Shown piece after piece: positions 38,243 through 51,383 of a DNA stretch of 64,000 nucleotides (position 1 is the stretch's first letter; each line of letters begins with the position of its first letter). Source of the stretch: Kondoa subrosea (Eukaryota); contig BCIN01000001.1 in the NCBI GenBank assembly GCA_039545335.1, forward strand, positions 2,167,129 through 2,231,128. Reading direction: 5' to 3'. The notes below the pieces were generated by a model, which saw only the letters and a program-made list of their open reading frames with translations, ran no database searches and was not told the DNA's origin. The position numbers and the translations under genes were made by a program.

Positions 38243-41200
38243 TTATGTACGAGCTGCTTTGGCAGCATGATAGTCTTGAAGATAGTTGGCGACGGTATCT
38301 TTCAGCATGACTATGAGAGTGAATGAATTTTCACTCGAATGTACGCGAGAAATCAAAGGCATACACGCGGTAAAATCATCAAAGTCATTCTTCTTTAACA
38401 CGATATCGCAGAAATTGTTCCAAGAAGCAGATGTAAGCTGCACTGAATGAGAAACATACATATTCAAGAGGCATGACACAAACCTTCTTCAATCGACTGA
38501 GATCAAATAAGCCCGCTTTGATCAGCGCATCAGCAGGAGCCCCACCGAGACCGTCGCCTAGAATACGCTCAACATGCTGTTCATGTTCATAGGACATTGC
38601 TTTTACCTAAGCTTTCGAGTAGGTTGCGCACATCTCGACCAACTCTCGACTGAATTTGAGCAGGAGGTTCCAGAGCATACTTTTGTTGAGCAGGTGCACC
38701 GGGGTCTGAAGGTGGAACGGGTATAAGAGCTGGAACGGGTACAGATACAGGAGGGGCGAGACCGAAGTGAAGTAAAGCGGTTGCAGCACTTGACCTCGCA
38801 GAGTCTTCATTTTGTCTGCAGAGACAATTTAGGCAAGCGGATCAGACAGTACTATGCGGACATACGGGATGTAAGATGTGCTCGGAAAGGGCAAATGGAC
38901 TTGAGGTGAATCCTCTACAGCGATTGTCTTGGGGGAAGCCGAAAGTGAACGACGCTTTTTGATGACTGGAGAATGAACGAGAACACAGAAAGCTGGATCT
39001 TCGTTAATCTCCTCTTCCTCTGGTCGAGGACTGCCTTTGGATTTGTAGGCAACATCGGCGGAGTGTGTGCGATCTCGCTTCAGTGATCTTTCGGAAGTTG
39101 AAGCAGATGGAGTAGAAGATTTGCGAGGACGACCTCTTTGGCGCTTAATCTCGGGCACTGCATTGGCAGCAATGCCGCGAGCTGGTCGAACTTCTTCAAA
39201 GTCTAGACCATCCTCTTTTGCATCGCGCTCTCTTTCCCCAACGACGCTCTTCAAGTCCAGCTTGTGCAGGTCGTAAGCGGTAAAGCCGAGGCTCGGTGTA
39301 GTAGATTTGCGCTTGGTCCGTTGGTTGTCAGCTACATCATCTGGCTCTTCTTTCACTTGAGCCTGAGCTTTGACAGCAGCAGCCTCTCGCATTTGCTTCT
39401 CCAGCCGTCTGTGATGCAGAATGACGATGGAAAACAAACATCGAGAGATCGACTCACTCAGTCTCCCAATCTAATCTACCTTTTTGGTATGGCGCATCAG
39501 CGATAGGAGCAATTCGACTGCTCGAAGCTCGAGGCTGATTTGGACCACTATCAAAACTGCTGGCTACTATGAGCGAGCTGACTTACGACATAGCCATCAC
39601 TCTTCTTGGGCTTTGTAGCAGCAGCATTTATAGTAACAGACGGAGTCGAAGCGCGCGGATGATGATGCTTGGATCGGAATTCAGTCACTCGCCTATCTTC
39701 CGATCAGGATTCAGCTATCGCGTGGTCGTCGAGGACTGACCAGGAGTTATCGACCTCTAAGTAAGAAGCAAACACTTTCCATTCGCAAGCTGGACCGGTT
39801 TTGTTATACTCGCAGACCAATTTGACGTCTCCATTTCGATCTTCTTTAACGGTAGCAGTATAGCCAAACTTTTCCGCGGATCGAATCATGGCCTCTTTTG
39901 TCGAATAACGAGAGCCGACGCCCATTGCGATAGTAGAGGGAGCTGGACCTTGCCGCAGAGAAAGACCAGGTAAAGAGATGGTGTTCTTCTCGATGGCGGT
40001 AGTTGCAGCCATGGAAGGTGAGCGACCTCGAGGCTCTTGAGATTGAAGGACACCGAGAGTGGCTTGCTGGGCAGACTTTTCAGCAGCTTTTGCGAGAGGG
40101 ATGTCCTCGTCTTCTGATTCGTTTTCACCCTCTTCGGAATATGCATCTTCCATGTCGGTATCTTCCACTTGTTCTTGCTTGACAGCCCTCTGCTCATTAG
40201 GCTTAACAGTCGAGAAAGTATTGAAGGTATTTGTATCGCCGCTTGTATGCGAGCCTGAATTTTCTGAGCGAGTGACTTCCCTGCCAATTGATGCGTAAGA
40301 AGCCAACAAACAGATCGACTCCCACAGTATCTCACCATCTATCATTCTGCCAAGTGGCTCTGACCTTCAAATTCGCTTGACAAGGCTTTTTGGTGCACGA
40401 TAGCTCGACATAAACCTCACGATTACCAGGCCTAGCTTTTGTCCTAGCTTTTGTATTGCCGTTGCTAATCGCTGCACGACAGCCTTGACTTTCAGCGGTC
40501 TTTCTCACCATGTAAATGAAGTCGGCCCTTTCGTCATAGATATCGCCCAGATGAGGCATGCAATCTTCGCCTACTGCACGCGTGATATCGTCTTGCGGGG
40601 AACCGAGGCCTCTACCAGCTTCTGCCAAGTTATCCTCGTCAGTCTCCATATCGCTACTCGTGTCATGAGTCTTCTTGGGACTACCTCGATCCCGAGCCGG
40701 AGACTTGAGTTGTGGAACACAATTTTCAGTGGTGTTGTCATGCTGGTCTACCTTTTGATTGACCTCCCTGACCGTTATGACCTCAGCGCAGCACTCAAAA
40801 GCAGATTGCAGCCTTACCAGTAGCCCTGTTTCGGCTGATGAAGAGCCTTGATGAGGAAAGATCTTTTGCAGGGCTTTTGGTTGCAATGAAGAACTACGTA
40901 GCCGTTTCCATTTCCTTTGCCGGTGTTGCGGCTATCTTTGATCTTCAGAGTGCAGCCTCTGGCATCCGCAACTCTTCTGGTAACCTTTTCGAAAGCTGCA
41001 CGGGATTCGAAGAAGTCGCCAATGTTCGGCATTTCTTCTGAATCTCCTGAGACAAGAGTGACAGAGATGGAACTTCCTTGTTGCTGCGCTGCTACTGTGG
41101 CGAGCGCTGTTCCTGAAGCTATAGGCTGCTCAATTGAAGAAACAGTTGAGAGTGGAGAAGAATGTCTTGAATCACCTGAGGGAGCTCTGAGGTAACGGGA

Positions 41201-41899
41201 ACCAGTATATTCAGCGGAAGTTGATCTATTGGTCAAAGCTGATGTATCAACAGTGCCATCGCTTGCCCAATCGTTGACAGGCTCTTCATTTTTTGCAACG
41301 GTTGGACCTTGATCAGGTGTCCATCCTTTTGGACCGATAGGGATAGGTGCAGCAGAGTTGGGAGAGACGACTTCTTTGTTCTTGCGAAACTTGAGACCGC
41401 CGAGACTGAGTTTGGCTGGTTTGTTAGTGACCGCAGCAGCATTTGAGACAGCTGGAACAGTTGGAAACTGTGTCAGAGCTGGAGTAGAGGTTGTTCTAGC
41501 GGCGAAAATTGAAGTGAAAGGATCAGAACCAGAGATGTTACGTGATGTTACGTGAGGTGCCTTGTCGACGAAAGCGGCCAGCTGAGAATGTAGATCCAAA
41601 GACGCTGGTATGGCCTGACCTTGACCTGCTTGAGTTACTCTACTGTCCATCTTCGATACAAAACCACTGGATTGGTAGCTTGAAGAAACGTTTGTGCCGA
41701 CTTCGTATTGAATTGAGAGACTTTGAGCTGACGATACGTCGGTAGTATTCAGCTGCTCGGAAATCCAGCTGTCGCCTTTCAATTTTGCAAGAGAACTAGT
41801 CTTGCGTGCGTTTGGTAAGGAATCGAAGAAGTCACTGGCAATCGGCCTTCGAGCTTTCCCTGGCGGATAGACTTGCCCAGAGGGAACAGATTCAACCAT
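38243..41899 (-). CDS. Putative transcription factor with three MuDR/FAR1-type (WRKY-GCM1 fold) DNA-binding repeats, AT-hook and SAM-like C-terminus; no transposase core
   Basis: Repeats IGDFFESRAAF..CNQKPC..YW|EV..QH, LGDIYDERADF..CTKKPC..RW|EV..SH and VGSRYSTKEAM..CEYNKTGPACEWKV..SW|RVTEFRSKHHHP; AT-hook RQRGRPRK; tail VRNLLESLG|DGLG..ADALIKAGLFDLSRL. Confidence 0.75.
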
Positions 41900-42131
41900 T
41901 CAGAGAGCCAGAAGCCCTCCTGAAAAGCAACTTGGGAAGGAAAGAGACCAGCGGGCGAGAGTCGAGTGAAAGAAGGTCCGTGCGCTTGATCGGCTCAGAA
42001 GCGCTGGCAGCAGTCCGGTACATCGAGCGTCACTACGGCGCTCATGTCCTCGCGCCTTCTTCCTGAATAATTGATGAACCAAACCAAGAAATAATCGTAA
42101 ATTAATTTGTCTGTCTAACCGTCATGTCCAA

Positions 42132-43969
42132 ATGCTAGAGTACCTGTTAGCGCTGCTAGAGTACTATCTATATCAGCTCTCTAGATTAGACCGATTCCTG
42201 GGCCTGCGCGCTGTCTATCGCAATGTTCGTGATGTGCTCAATTTAGCTGGTTGTATTCCAGAAGAGGACAATCTCTCAGATTACGCAGAAGAGTCAGAAT
42301 CCACCTTACACGATATGTACAAAGAAGAAACGGAACAGCAGCTGCTTTTGGCTATGGATGAGCTTTCAAGTGATGTGCAAGCCAATGGTCTTTACATTCC
42401 TGGACTGGTCAACAATGGAGCGAATTCTTGCTTCTTGAATTCTACTCTTCAGGTGCGCTCTACCTGGCATTTCTGTTCGGCTTTTCACTAATAACAATTT
42501 CAAGTCTTTGGCAACAATAAGCGGGTTACTTGTCTTCCTTCACACAGTCATTGCAAGTTGCGAAGATCCCTCGCTCATCTCCACCACCATCGCATTGAAT
42601 GATATGCTGATAGCGCTTGCAACACCTTCTTCGAGTCGAAAAGTACTTCGACCTATTTCTCTCACCAATTCGTTGGCTCGCTCTTCTCCTTCTCGAAGAC
42701 AGCTTCTCAATTCAGATCAACAAGATGCGCAAGAGCTACTGGTTATGCTTCTTGCTGCGGTCGAAGAAGAAGTGCTCAAACTTGAAAACACAATAGCTGA
42801 ATCGCAATCAGCCGATGCAAGTGAACGTCTAGGTTTATTGTGCGCGACTCATCCAACCAAATCATTTGCTCCTGTACGTATCATCCAGTATGTTGAAGCA
42901 TTTTGCTGACAATACATATTAGCCTATGCCGCGACTGCAGTTTCAGAATCCATTCCAGTCGACTATGGCACATCGAATTGCGTGCCTTACTTGTGGCTAT
43001 ACTGAAGCAATACGTATACGTCCGTCAGATCAGCTGACTTTGACAGTACCAAATTTGGTGCGCTGTCTTTGCCTACATGCTTGTAATGTGAAAGCTGAAT
43101 GGCATTCAGCGAACATGCAGCTTGCAAGATATCTTGAGCGAGTCTACTACTTTGGAGATATTGGATCAATATTCCTGTCGTCGCTGTGCATTGCAACTTA
43201 CTAAATATCGACATCAAGAAATCATCACCGCAGCGAAAGAAACAGCCAAAGAAGGGAAATTGACAGACTCCAAGAAGAAAAGGCTGAAAGTCATTCAAAA
43301 GACTGTTGATCATTTGCAAAGCTTGCTTGAGGGCGATGTGCAGGGAGATCTTGGCGAGACCAAGCTGGATAGGATTTTTAGGACAGCCACGAAACAAGCA
43401 GTCTATTCAAAGGTGAGCTAGCCAAAGCACTTGATCAGTATATGCTGATCTGAATCATGGCTTCATAGCCAGCTTCCGTGCTCGCCTTTCATCTGTCGCG
43501 CTCTACTTCGTACATTCGAGGTATGCCAGTTCGCTCAAATTGCGTCGTCACTTTTCCCGAATACCTCGACTTCGACCCGTACTGTCTTTCACCTCAACTG
43601 CCTACGCGTCCAGCTACTTCGATGACTTACGGTCAGAAGGAAAGCGGAAACATGCAATATCGCCTTTCGTCTGCCATCGTCCACTACGGAACACATAACT
43701 TTGGCCACTACATCACGTATCGACGGAGAACCGCACATAGCTCTTCTTGGTGTAAGTAGTTTGATCGAATTTCCGCTGCATTGGACTGAAATCGTGCTCT
43801 AGATCGAGTGTCGGACGAAGATGTTCACTTGGTAGATCTACACGAAGTGTTGCATTCCAATCCTGTCCTGCTCTTCTATGAAAGAGTTCGATCTGGGGAA
43901 AAGAGAGAAGGTGTGTCGGAAGGAAAAGGTCGCATCGTAGCACGTCAATCTACTCCCAACCATGCATAG
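42132..43969 (+). CDS. Ubiquitin-specific protease (peptidase C19, USP30/Ubp1-like)
   Basis: Cys box PGLVNNGANSCFLNSTLQ; QQDAQEL; CxxC pairs; His box YRLSSAIVHYGTHNFGHYITYRR; VSDEDV; LLFYE. Confidence 0.92.
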
Positions 43970-44063
43970 TATACCTCAACAGAATCACATGATGCCCTAT
44001 ATATGTTGACTATGAAACAACCTTTTCCAAAATCGTGTATGTACATGAAAGTTCCAAAGCACA

Positions 44064-47000
44064 CTAAGCTCTAAGCAATCCGTGCTCTATCAAGAGCTTC
44101 TCGTACATCTGTCTTTGATACCTTTCGTTTTGCAGCATCCGCTCCATTTCAGCGGTTGCCGCTCGCTCTTGTCTGACGAAGATCATCAATAAACGCGTCG
44201 TATATGTAAAACAGAAGGATCTTACCTCCTTGCCTGCTTCTCAGCCTGATGCGCTTGCTTTTCCGCTGCCAATTTCTTTGCGAGCAATCCGATCTCGCTT
44301 TCATCAAAGGCTTGCGCCAGATCAGTGAGCTCCTCGTCATAGCACTGACTCGTAGCAATAAGAAGTGGTAAACGAAGCAAATAATGTCCACGAACCTCAA
44401 GAGCAACGTCGGCTTCTTCTCGTAACGTTACTATTTGCTGCTCATATTGAGCCTTCTGGTCATTGAGGGTAGACACTTGTACAGCAGCCGCTTCCAGCTG
44501 CTTTTTCAAAGTATTGATGTGAATATCAATTTGACCTCGTTCTAGTCTTGCGATATTGACTTGGTCTTTTGCAATGTTTAACTCCTTCTGAGAAATCTCG
44601 GTTTGTCTATAGGCCATTTCGAGCTGTTTGGCCAAAAGAGCTGTTTCGGCTTGTAAGCGTTCGATTTCCGATTGATACCGGTCTACAAGCGCCGCATCGA
44701 TAAGAGAAGGAGCTCTGTCCGCTGAAGATGGTTGGCGTATACTGGCTTCCTTCTGTGAGGGCGCGACCACATCCTGCGATCACTTGTAGCGACTGTAGAT
44801 CGACAGACTTGAACAGAAATGGCTCACCTCCATCTGTGGCAGATCTATACAAACGGGTGACCTAGGAAGAGAGAACGTCGACCGAGCATCATCTATCTGT
44901 CACATTAGATTGCGGTCCTGCAGGAGATAAGAATAATGTACCGCCATCTTCCATTAGCTCCTCTGCTTCATTATCTTCGTCCCCACTTTGACTCAACTCC
45001 GCTGTCAGCTTGTGAAGCGAGTGGAAAGAGCCGGAGATATATTGCCGACGCTGAACCTTTCTCTCTTCGATCCTTATCTCTGGTAGCACTTCCACTTCCG
45101 AAACATCTTTTTGAGGAGGTACCCGTCTTCTGGAATCACCCGAGGTACGCCTTGAAGCGTCTCGTACTCGATGAGATGACGGTACACGCGATTTGCTTTC
45201 GGTATTGGAGCGAACAGATCCGCTTGGAGTTAGGCCAGGCTTCTTGCGTACTAATGGTTCTTCTTCAGGATCAGAGTCCAGCCTTCGCTTACTTGTTGGC
45301 GGTAGGCTGATGGGTGATGGCAACGGTCGATTGAAAGAAGAAGCGACCGAACTCAAGGGTCTTGGACCGAGAGGCGATCTGGGTTGAGATAAGACCGGTG
45401 AGAAAGGACGAGGTCCAATAGGTGATCTGGAACGAGCAGGAGAAGACGCAATGACTGTTCGATCTCCTTCGTCTTGATCTGGAGGAATCCCGAAAGGTCG
45501 ATACTGAGCTGGAGACGAAATAACTGTGCGGTCAGCGTCGTGATCATCTGATTGCTGAGAATATGCATAATCCATTGCAGAAATGGGCCGCTGCGGAAGT
45601 GCCTCTGCTTCTGTACTTATCAGAGCTCGTACTTCTTGTATCTCGCTGGGCTCACCACGCATTGTATGAGCGACCTCGGAGAATGATTGAGCACGAGCCA
45701 AACGCCGCCCTCGAATAGACTCTGTGACTTCAGGTGATCGAAGGTTTTCCATCCTATTGCACCAGTGATTGGGAGACGCCTGTTCAGGTGACCTAGCAGA
45801 TTGCCTGAAGGGGCTAGAGACAGGCGATAGAGGTGGAGAGGAAGCTCGGTCGTAGCCATCTCGGCGCGATTCGAAAGTCGAAGTAGATATAATCGTTCCG
45901 TTTCTGTGTATCGAACCTGATCGTTGCTTTCGATGACTCTGGCTTTGAGTCCTTTGTCTTGTATTTGTATTTGAAACCGGTAAGCGTGGCGGAGTGTCGA
46001 AGTAACCAGCTTGCAAACCTGAGGCAATCTTTAGCTAGTGGCGATTTGGATCAGCCGTGTGCGTACCTTCCTGGGCACTCAAGACGACAGCCTGGATTAT
46101 ATTCCGTGCCTCGACTATCTTGTTCGACTCCCGGTATCGCATGTCGAGCCTTGCTCGTGCGAAATTGCAAATCAAGTGAGGGCTTGCTCCGTCCTGGAAG
46201 TCAAGAGACGGAGCATGCGAGCCGAAGACCAATGCCAGAGGACTCTGTAACAGCATGAGCTTGTCTCACGTATTTGATAGGTGTTGTAATTTACCAAGGC
46301 TGTGTCTTGGCATTCAGCAAGATACGTTTCCTTTTCCCATACTGTTGTGTAGACCAAGACAGCTCTTTGCGCAGGTGTAAAGTCCATTTTTGCTACTTGT
46401 AGAAGATTGGCTAATGTAGTCTTGCGGACCAATGAAGCTTCAGCAGGCAGAGTGCAAACTTTGTTGATGGCTTGCATATGCCAAAGATTGTTCAAGAATC
46501 GGACTTTCTCTTGATTCAGATTGTTGCCAGGTAAGAACATCACAGTCATGCGTCGCCTTTTTCGCCCAGTCCAATTTGCACTGAACCCTAAAGGTTCAAC
46601 TTCGAGGTAAAGTTCCAGGCCTGAGTACATATAGTCTGTCAGTCGGTCCAAATGAAGAGCGAGTGATACCAACCTTCAGAACCTAGATCGGCAGCTAACA
46701 CGAATTCAAGCGGAACGTGACCACGGAAAGCTAACTGTTGCTTGACGGTTTTTTTGGTTGCTGAACCGCTAACGGCAGGAGTACTGCTCAAGCTCTTGAC
46801 CGACTCAACTAATCTGTCCATATCGTGGAGACCGATAGCTTCTCTCCCTCTGGTTGGAAGCTTAGAGTCCCTTTTCAGTATTACTAAAGCATCATTGAAG
46901 AGGATCAATGTGCATTTGTACGGTCGATCTGAGGAAGGCCATAGAGCTCTAGAAGGTGTCCTGGACTGATCGATTGGCCAATCTTCTACATCTATAGAAT

Positions 47001-48152
47001 CTATATATATTCGGTTGCTGCTTTGTAAGGTGCACTGACGAGAGGATACTCAAAAGGCATATATTAAGGTGTGAGGAAACATACAGGGAAATCTGACACA
47101 GCGATCTCAAGACCAGCGAAGACAGCTAATCGTTTATCTTCTTCAAAGGCTGAGAAATTGGCGATTTGACGCAGCTGAGCAGTTATCTGCGCAAAGAACG
47201 GTATGTTGATGTCTCTTTCATGACAGTATTTCTGCATATCTATGAATACGGTCAGACATTGAGGTTTCAGGAGGGAATCTGGGCTACCATCGATAAGTAG
47301 CTTGTATTTTGGCAAGCGTTGGTAGGGCTCTGAAAGTAGGCCGTCCAGGCCGATCCCATCATTGTAGTCATGCAGACTTTGCTGCTTCATTTGCTGCAAG
47401 ATGCGAGTCAGCACAATACCAAGCCGTGGCCATTTGCATACAGTTGTATAGGCTCGATAGGCTAGCTCCTTTTGAAGTCTCTTCTCTATCTGGGAAGCTG
47501 CAGCATAGCCATCTAAATACGTCTGATGTAGTGCAGTGAGGGGAGATTTGAGCATATTCAGAAACTCTTGAGCCCAAAGTGGATGCTGTGATTCTAGCAT
47601 TGTGTACAGCCGTTTGTGAGCTTCCAATAGAGCGCCGATATTACCGAACACTTTTCGAACTTCATAGGTCGACACGCCTGCAAACTTGATCTTGAGCAGA
47701 CCAGGCATCCATTGCTATCTCTTAGCAATCAGCAACGCTTTTGGAAGGGAGCTCAGGCAGCTCACGCTCGTCATCATCTCTAGTCTACGAATGTACTTCT
47801 CTTCCGATTCCTTGAGTTCTCTCCATTTGTTGCCCATTTCCGTCAAAGACTACACAAGCTTGTTTCAGCATACAGTCGGGTTGCCAGTGCAATGTGACAG
47901 AAACTGACGCGATTACCGCCAGATTGTGGAGGAGCCACACTTGGGACAGCTTTGGCTGACTTCAGTCCAGTCTTGATATCGCGGTCGAGCACATCTCCAA
48001 GTCGTGCAATTTGTTCTGATGCATAGGTGAGCTCAATACATCAGAGTATCCTAGCTGTAGCTTCGCTGAGATCTACCTAGAGCGGTCTCGCGAAATTCTG
48101 ACGGCAGATCCAAAATCAAATCCAAGTGGATAGCTTTGCGAGCTTCGCTCAT
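44064..48152 (-). CDS. Dbl-homology (RhoGEF) domain protein with PH-like region and C-terminal coiled coil
   Basis: ESEEKYIRRL, VFGNIGALLEAH, LLSEPYQRLPKYKLLI, ILFNDALVILKR; proline-rich linker; coiled-coil tail. Confidence 0.8.
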
Positions 48153-48325
48153 CTTGAACAGACTATGCGTGTAACGCGCAGGAGCGCAGCTTTATACGGC
48201 TCTGGAGAGCAGCTGGCCGCACGCTCTATTGAGTTGTTCGTGGAAGGTAGAAGAAAAAGTAAACAAACAACGATCTCAGTCGGTAGCAGTGAGAGACTCG
48301 AAGTCAAACTTCAGTCAAGAATGTG

Positions 48326-51200
48326 CTAATCCTCTTCTATCCCATCGCCTTCATCGTCGTCATCCTGCTCTTCATCCTCCTCCTCCTCCTCTTCGCCCTG
48401 ATCTTCCATATCAAAGAAGTCGAGCTGTCGATGCCCATTGCCTAGAATACAACCTATTCGTCTGCCTCTTCGTCCGTTGAGAGCAATCTGTTGAGGTGCA
48501 AGAGAAGGTTCGAGGGGATGATGACGGGTGAAGGTCAGTTTTCCAGCGTTATGAGGTGTCTAAGCTGGCCATGAGCCTTTGCGCTAGCTAGAAGGTGATG
48601 ACAGCGAGCCAAAGCTCACCGAGGTATTCATTATAGCTTCAGAATCAGTCTCCGGCCAGTCCAACTCGGCGTACTTGATTGTTCCAATGAAAGACTTGGA
48701 GCCTGATTACATCTGTTAGCTTCCGGACTCTCCAATTCGTGAGAAGAGTTTCACTTCGCCCGGGACGCAGAGTCTGCGCAAGAACCGCGATTTCTGTGTC
48801 ATCGAAAAAGCCAAACTCGATGATGGAGAATTTGTCGGTTTCCAACGTGAATGTTGGATACGACATTAAAGCCATCTCGTGATCTCGATTAATTGAGCAA
48901 AGCCAAACTAGCGTACCACACTGTTAATCGGTTACTACTTTCGAAAACGAGGCGCTTACGCAAAGAGGGAGCTAGATTTTGCCCTGTTTTCCCGGCTGTG
49001 TGCACGCAGACGGTACATAGTCCGTCGCCAGTCTAATAATGTAGGTTAACACAAGAACGCTCAAATAGCTGGACACTTACCGAACGCATTGCTAGCTGTG
49101 AAGGATCTAGTTGACCTGTTTCGAACTCTCCAATTTGGCGTACGGCATCCGCTTGTACCGTGCCTAGCGTGCCCTCCAGTGACGATTGGAAGAAGTGGCC
49201 CAGGTCAGCGGTCAGTGCATGTATATCGTTGATTAAGCTAGTCTTAGTATTGGCCGGTGCGTTGTTCTTTGGCAAAGGCTGTTTGTTCTGAATGAGCTCT
49301 TTGATCTGCTGCAAGCTGACTTGCTGAGGTCGAGATTGCCGCGAAATTGATACCTTAGCTTCCACCTCAACTTGAGACAAGTAGCGAGCGGTCTCTACGA
49401 GCCGCATTTCGCATTGCAGATACTTAGAGATGAAGATGGGATCATGTGTCGAGCTGGACTTGACTTCTGTAGAAGCTTCTTTTGCAGCGAGTACTTCCAT
49501 CTCTACGCAAATGAGGTAAACCTGATCCTAGCGTGAGCTAGATACTGCCGCACCATAATGTATCCACTTGACAAATTCGACGAAGTATCGTTCCTCCTCA
49601 GCGCAACTTGTCTGTAAACGAGTAGCAGTCATCAAAGCTTGTTGCGTAAGTCTGATGTGGCTTTCGATGTCCTGTGTCCTCAGTTGGAACCCTTCCAAAT
49701 AGCATGGCTTGCACAGGGACCATCCGCGAATTTCCTCAAGCCATAGGATGATTCGCTCGAGCGACGGAACAATGCTTTGATAAGCTGCAGACCGAATGAA
49801 TCCAGTTGCTGCTGTGAGCGATGCTTCCCATTTAGACAGTGTCTAATTCACAATGTCAACCAATGAGGTTTTGCCTCTTGAGTGTTGGCAAAAACACACT
49901 CTTTCGGTCGGCTTTGATGCTAGGTATTCCTTAATGCCAGGTGATTGTCTACCGGTAAGCAGCATTTGCATAAGGTGCCTTGGAATGCTTTGACTGCCTG
50001 TCGTATACGTTAGCTCGAGCCGTAGGAGAGCATTTCAGACCTGCGTACCATCCCCATGCGAAAGGACGAGATTACCCATCCGCTCGAACCATTTCTGTCC
50101 AAGCGAGGTAGCTTCATCCCATTGTTTGACTGCTTCTTGCAAATGACCATAGATCCCGTCGAGCAAGACTCTAATGGCTGTTGCAGATCTAGCTAGCAGG
50201 CGAAGAGCGTTAGTGGGTAGCGGTAAAGAATAGGTTACGAAGTTGAGCGTTTCGACAGAAGAGTTGATGCTCTTGTACAGTACAGCAATAGTAGTAACAG
50301 CTTCTGGATGTAAAGAGGGAAGGATTTCAGTCGCTAGCACAGTTGCAGTCTTAGCGATCTTGAGCTGGCCCAGATATAGAGTGCCTCCTAGATACAGCGA
50401 TACCTTGCCTGAACTTTCATCTGCTGTCACGAGAAGAGAGGAATCAAGCACATCTTCGGACCAAATTCCGCCTTGAATGATAGTTGATGGTGGAAGAGAG
50501 GGAAAAGATGGATAGGCAGCATGTACGCAAATAGTCGACTCTTTCTCAGTCTGGCTGTTAGGGATGGCTGCTGCGACCGTAGTCGCGAAACCTTCAAGCA
50601 GAGGATTCAGGCCGTGCTTGTTGGTCTTCACAGGCGCTCTGTAGTTGGTTTAAGTGTACTGATTTGCGATAAAAGTAAAAGGAACTCGCGTTTGGGTAGT
50701 CTGAAATACAATCTTCTCCGGTAGAGCGGGCAGATGGTCAATCAGATTTTGTGCATGTGTTTTGGGCGGAGCAGGGTGATGCGCAAGTTCGTGCCATTGG
50801 TAGGAGCTGAGGCGCCTTCGCTTGTTGGAATACTGCTCTGTACTGCGTGTAACCGCCGTACAGCTAAGTTCTGCGCCGGAATGAACGGATCTTAAGGATA
50901 GCTTGTCTTGATGTATCAAGCTGAAGTATTGTCCTGACTTCCTCTCAGAGAGAGAAATATCTATCGCGACGTGGGCTGACCATCTGGACTCCATGCAAAT
51001 GCTTCAATTGGCTCTTTGACTTGCAGTTCCCAGATCTTGCCGCTTTCCTGCCCTCCCACCCTCCACAGCGAAAACTTGCTCTTGTTGGAGCTCGTTAGCA
51101 GCACGACATCCATTGTCGGGCATGGCGAAGACTGATGCAACTCAAAACCACCACCTTCTACAGAAGGGAGAGTCTTTTGTCCAAGGGAAGCAAACGGCAT
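48326..51200 (-). CDS. APC4: Anaphase-promoting complex subunit 4
   Basis: N-terminal CPTMDVV..SLWRV..IWE..AFAWSPDG (ANAPC4 WD40-like); central helical region; FGFFDDTEIAV; NGRRGRRIGCIL..LDFFDME and acidic tail. Confidence 0.8.
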
Positions 51201-51383
51201 CTCTAGCTCGGCTTCGGACTCTCGGGGCACAGCCAAAGGCACAGTCAGCAGCGGGTATTGCTTGTATCGGATCTTCGACGTATACAAAAACGGGTGATAT
51301 GCATGAATGCATTGAATGATTACGTAAGACACGGGTGCACATAAGCAGAGCTAGGCTGAAGCATTACGAGCGCGAGCCTACTC

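Noticed and set aside
38243..41899. Intact Mutator transposon
   Set aside because: No DDE transposase domain, terminal inverted repeats or target-site duplication visible.
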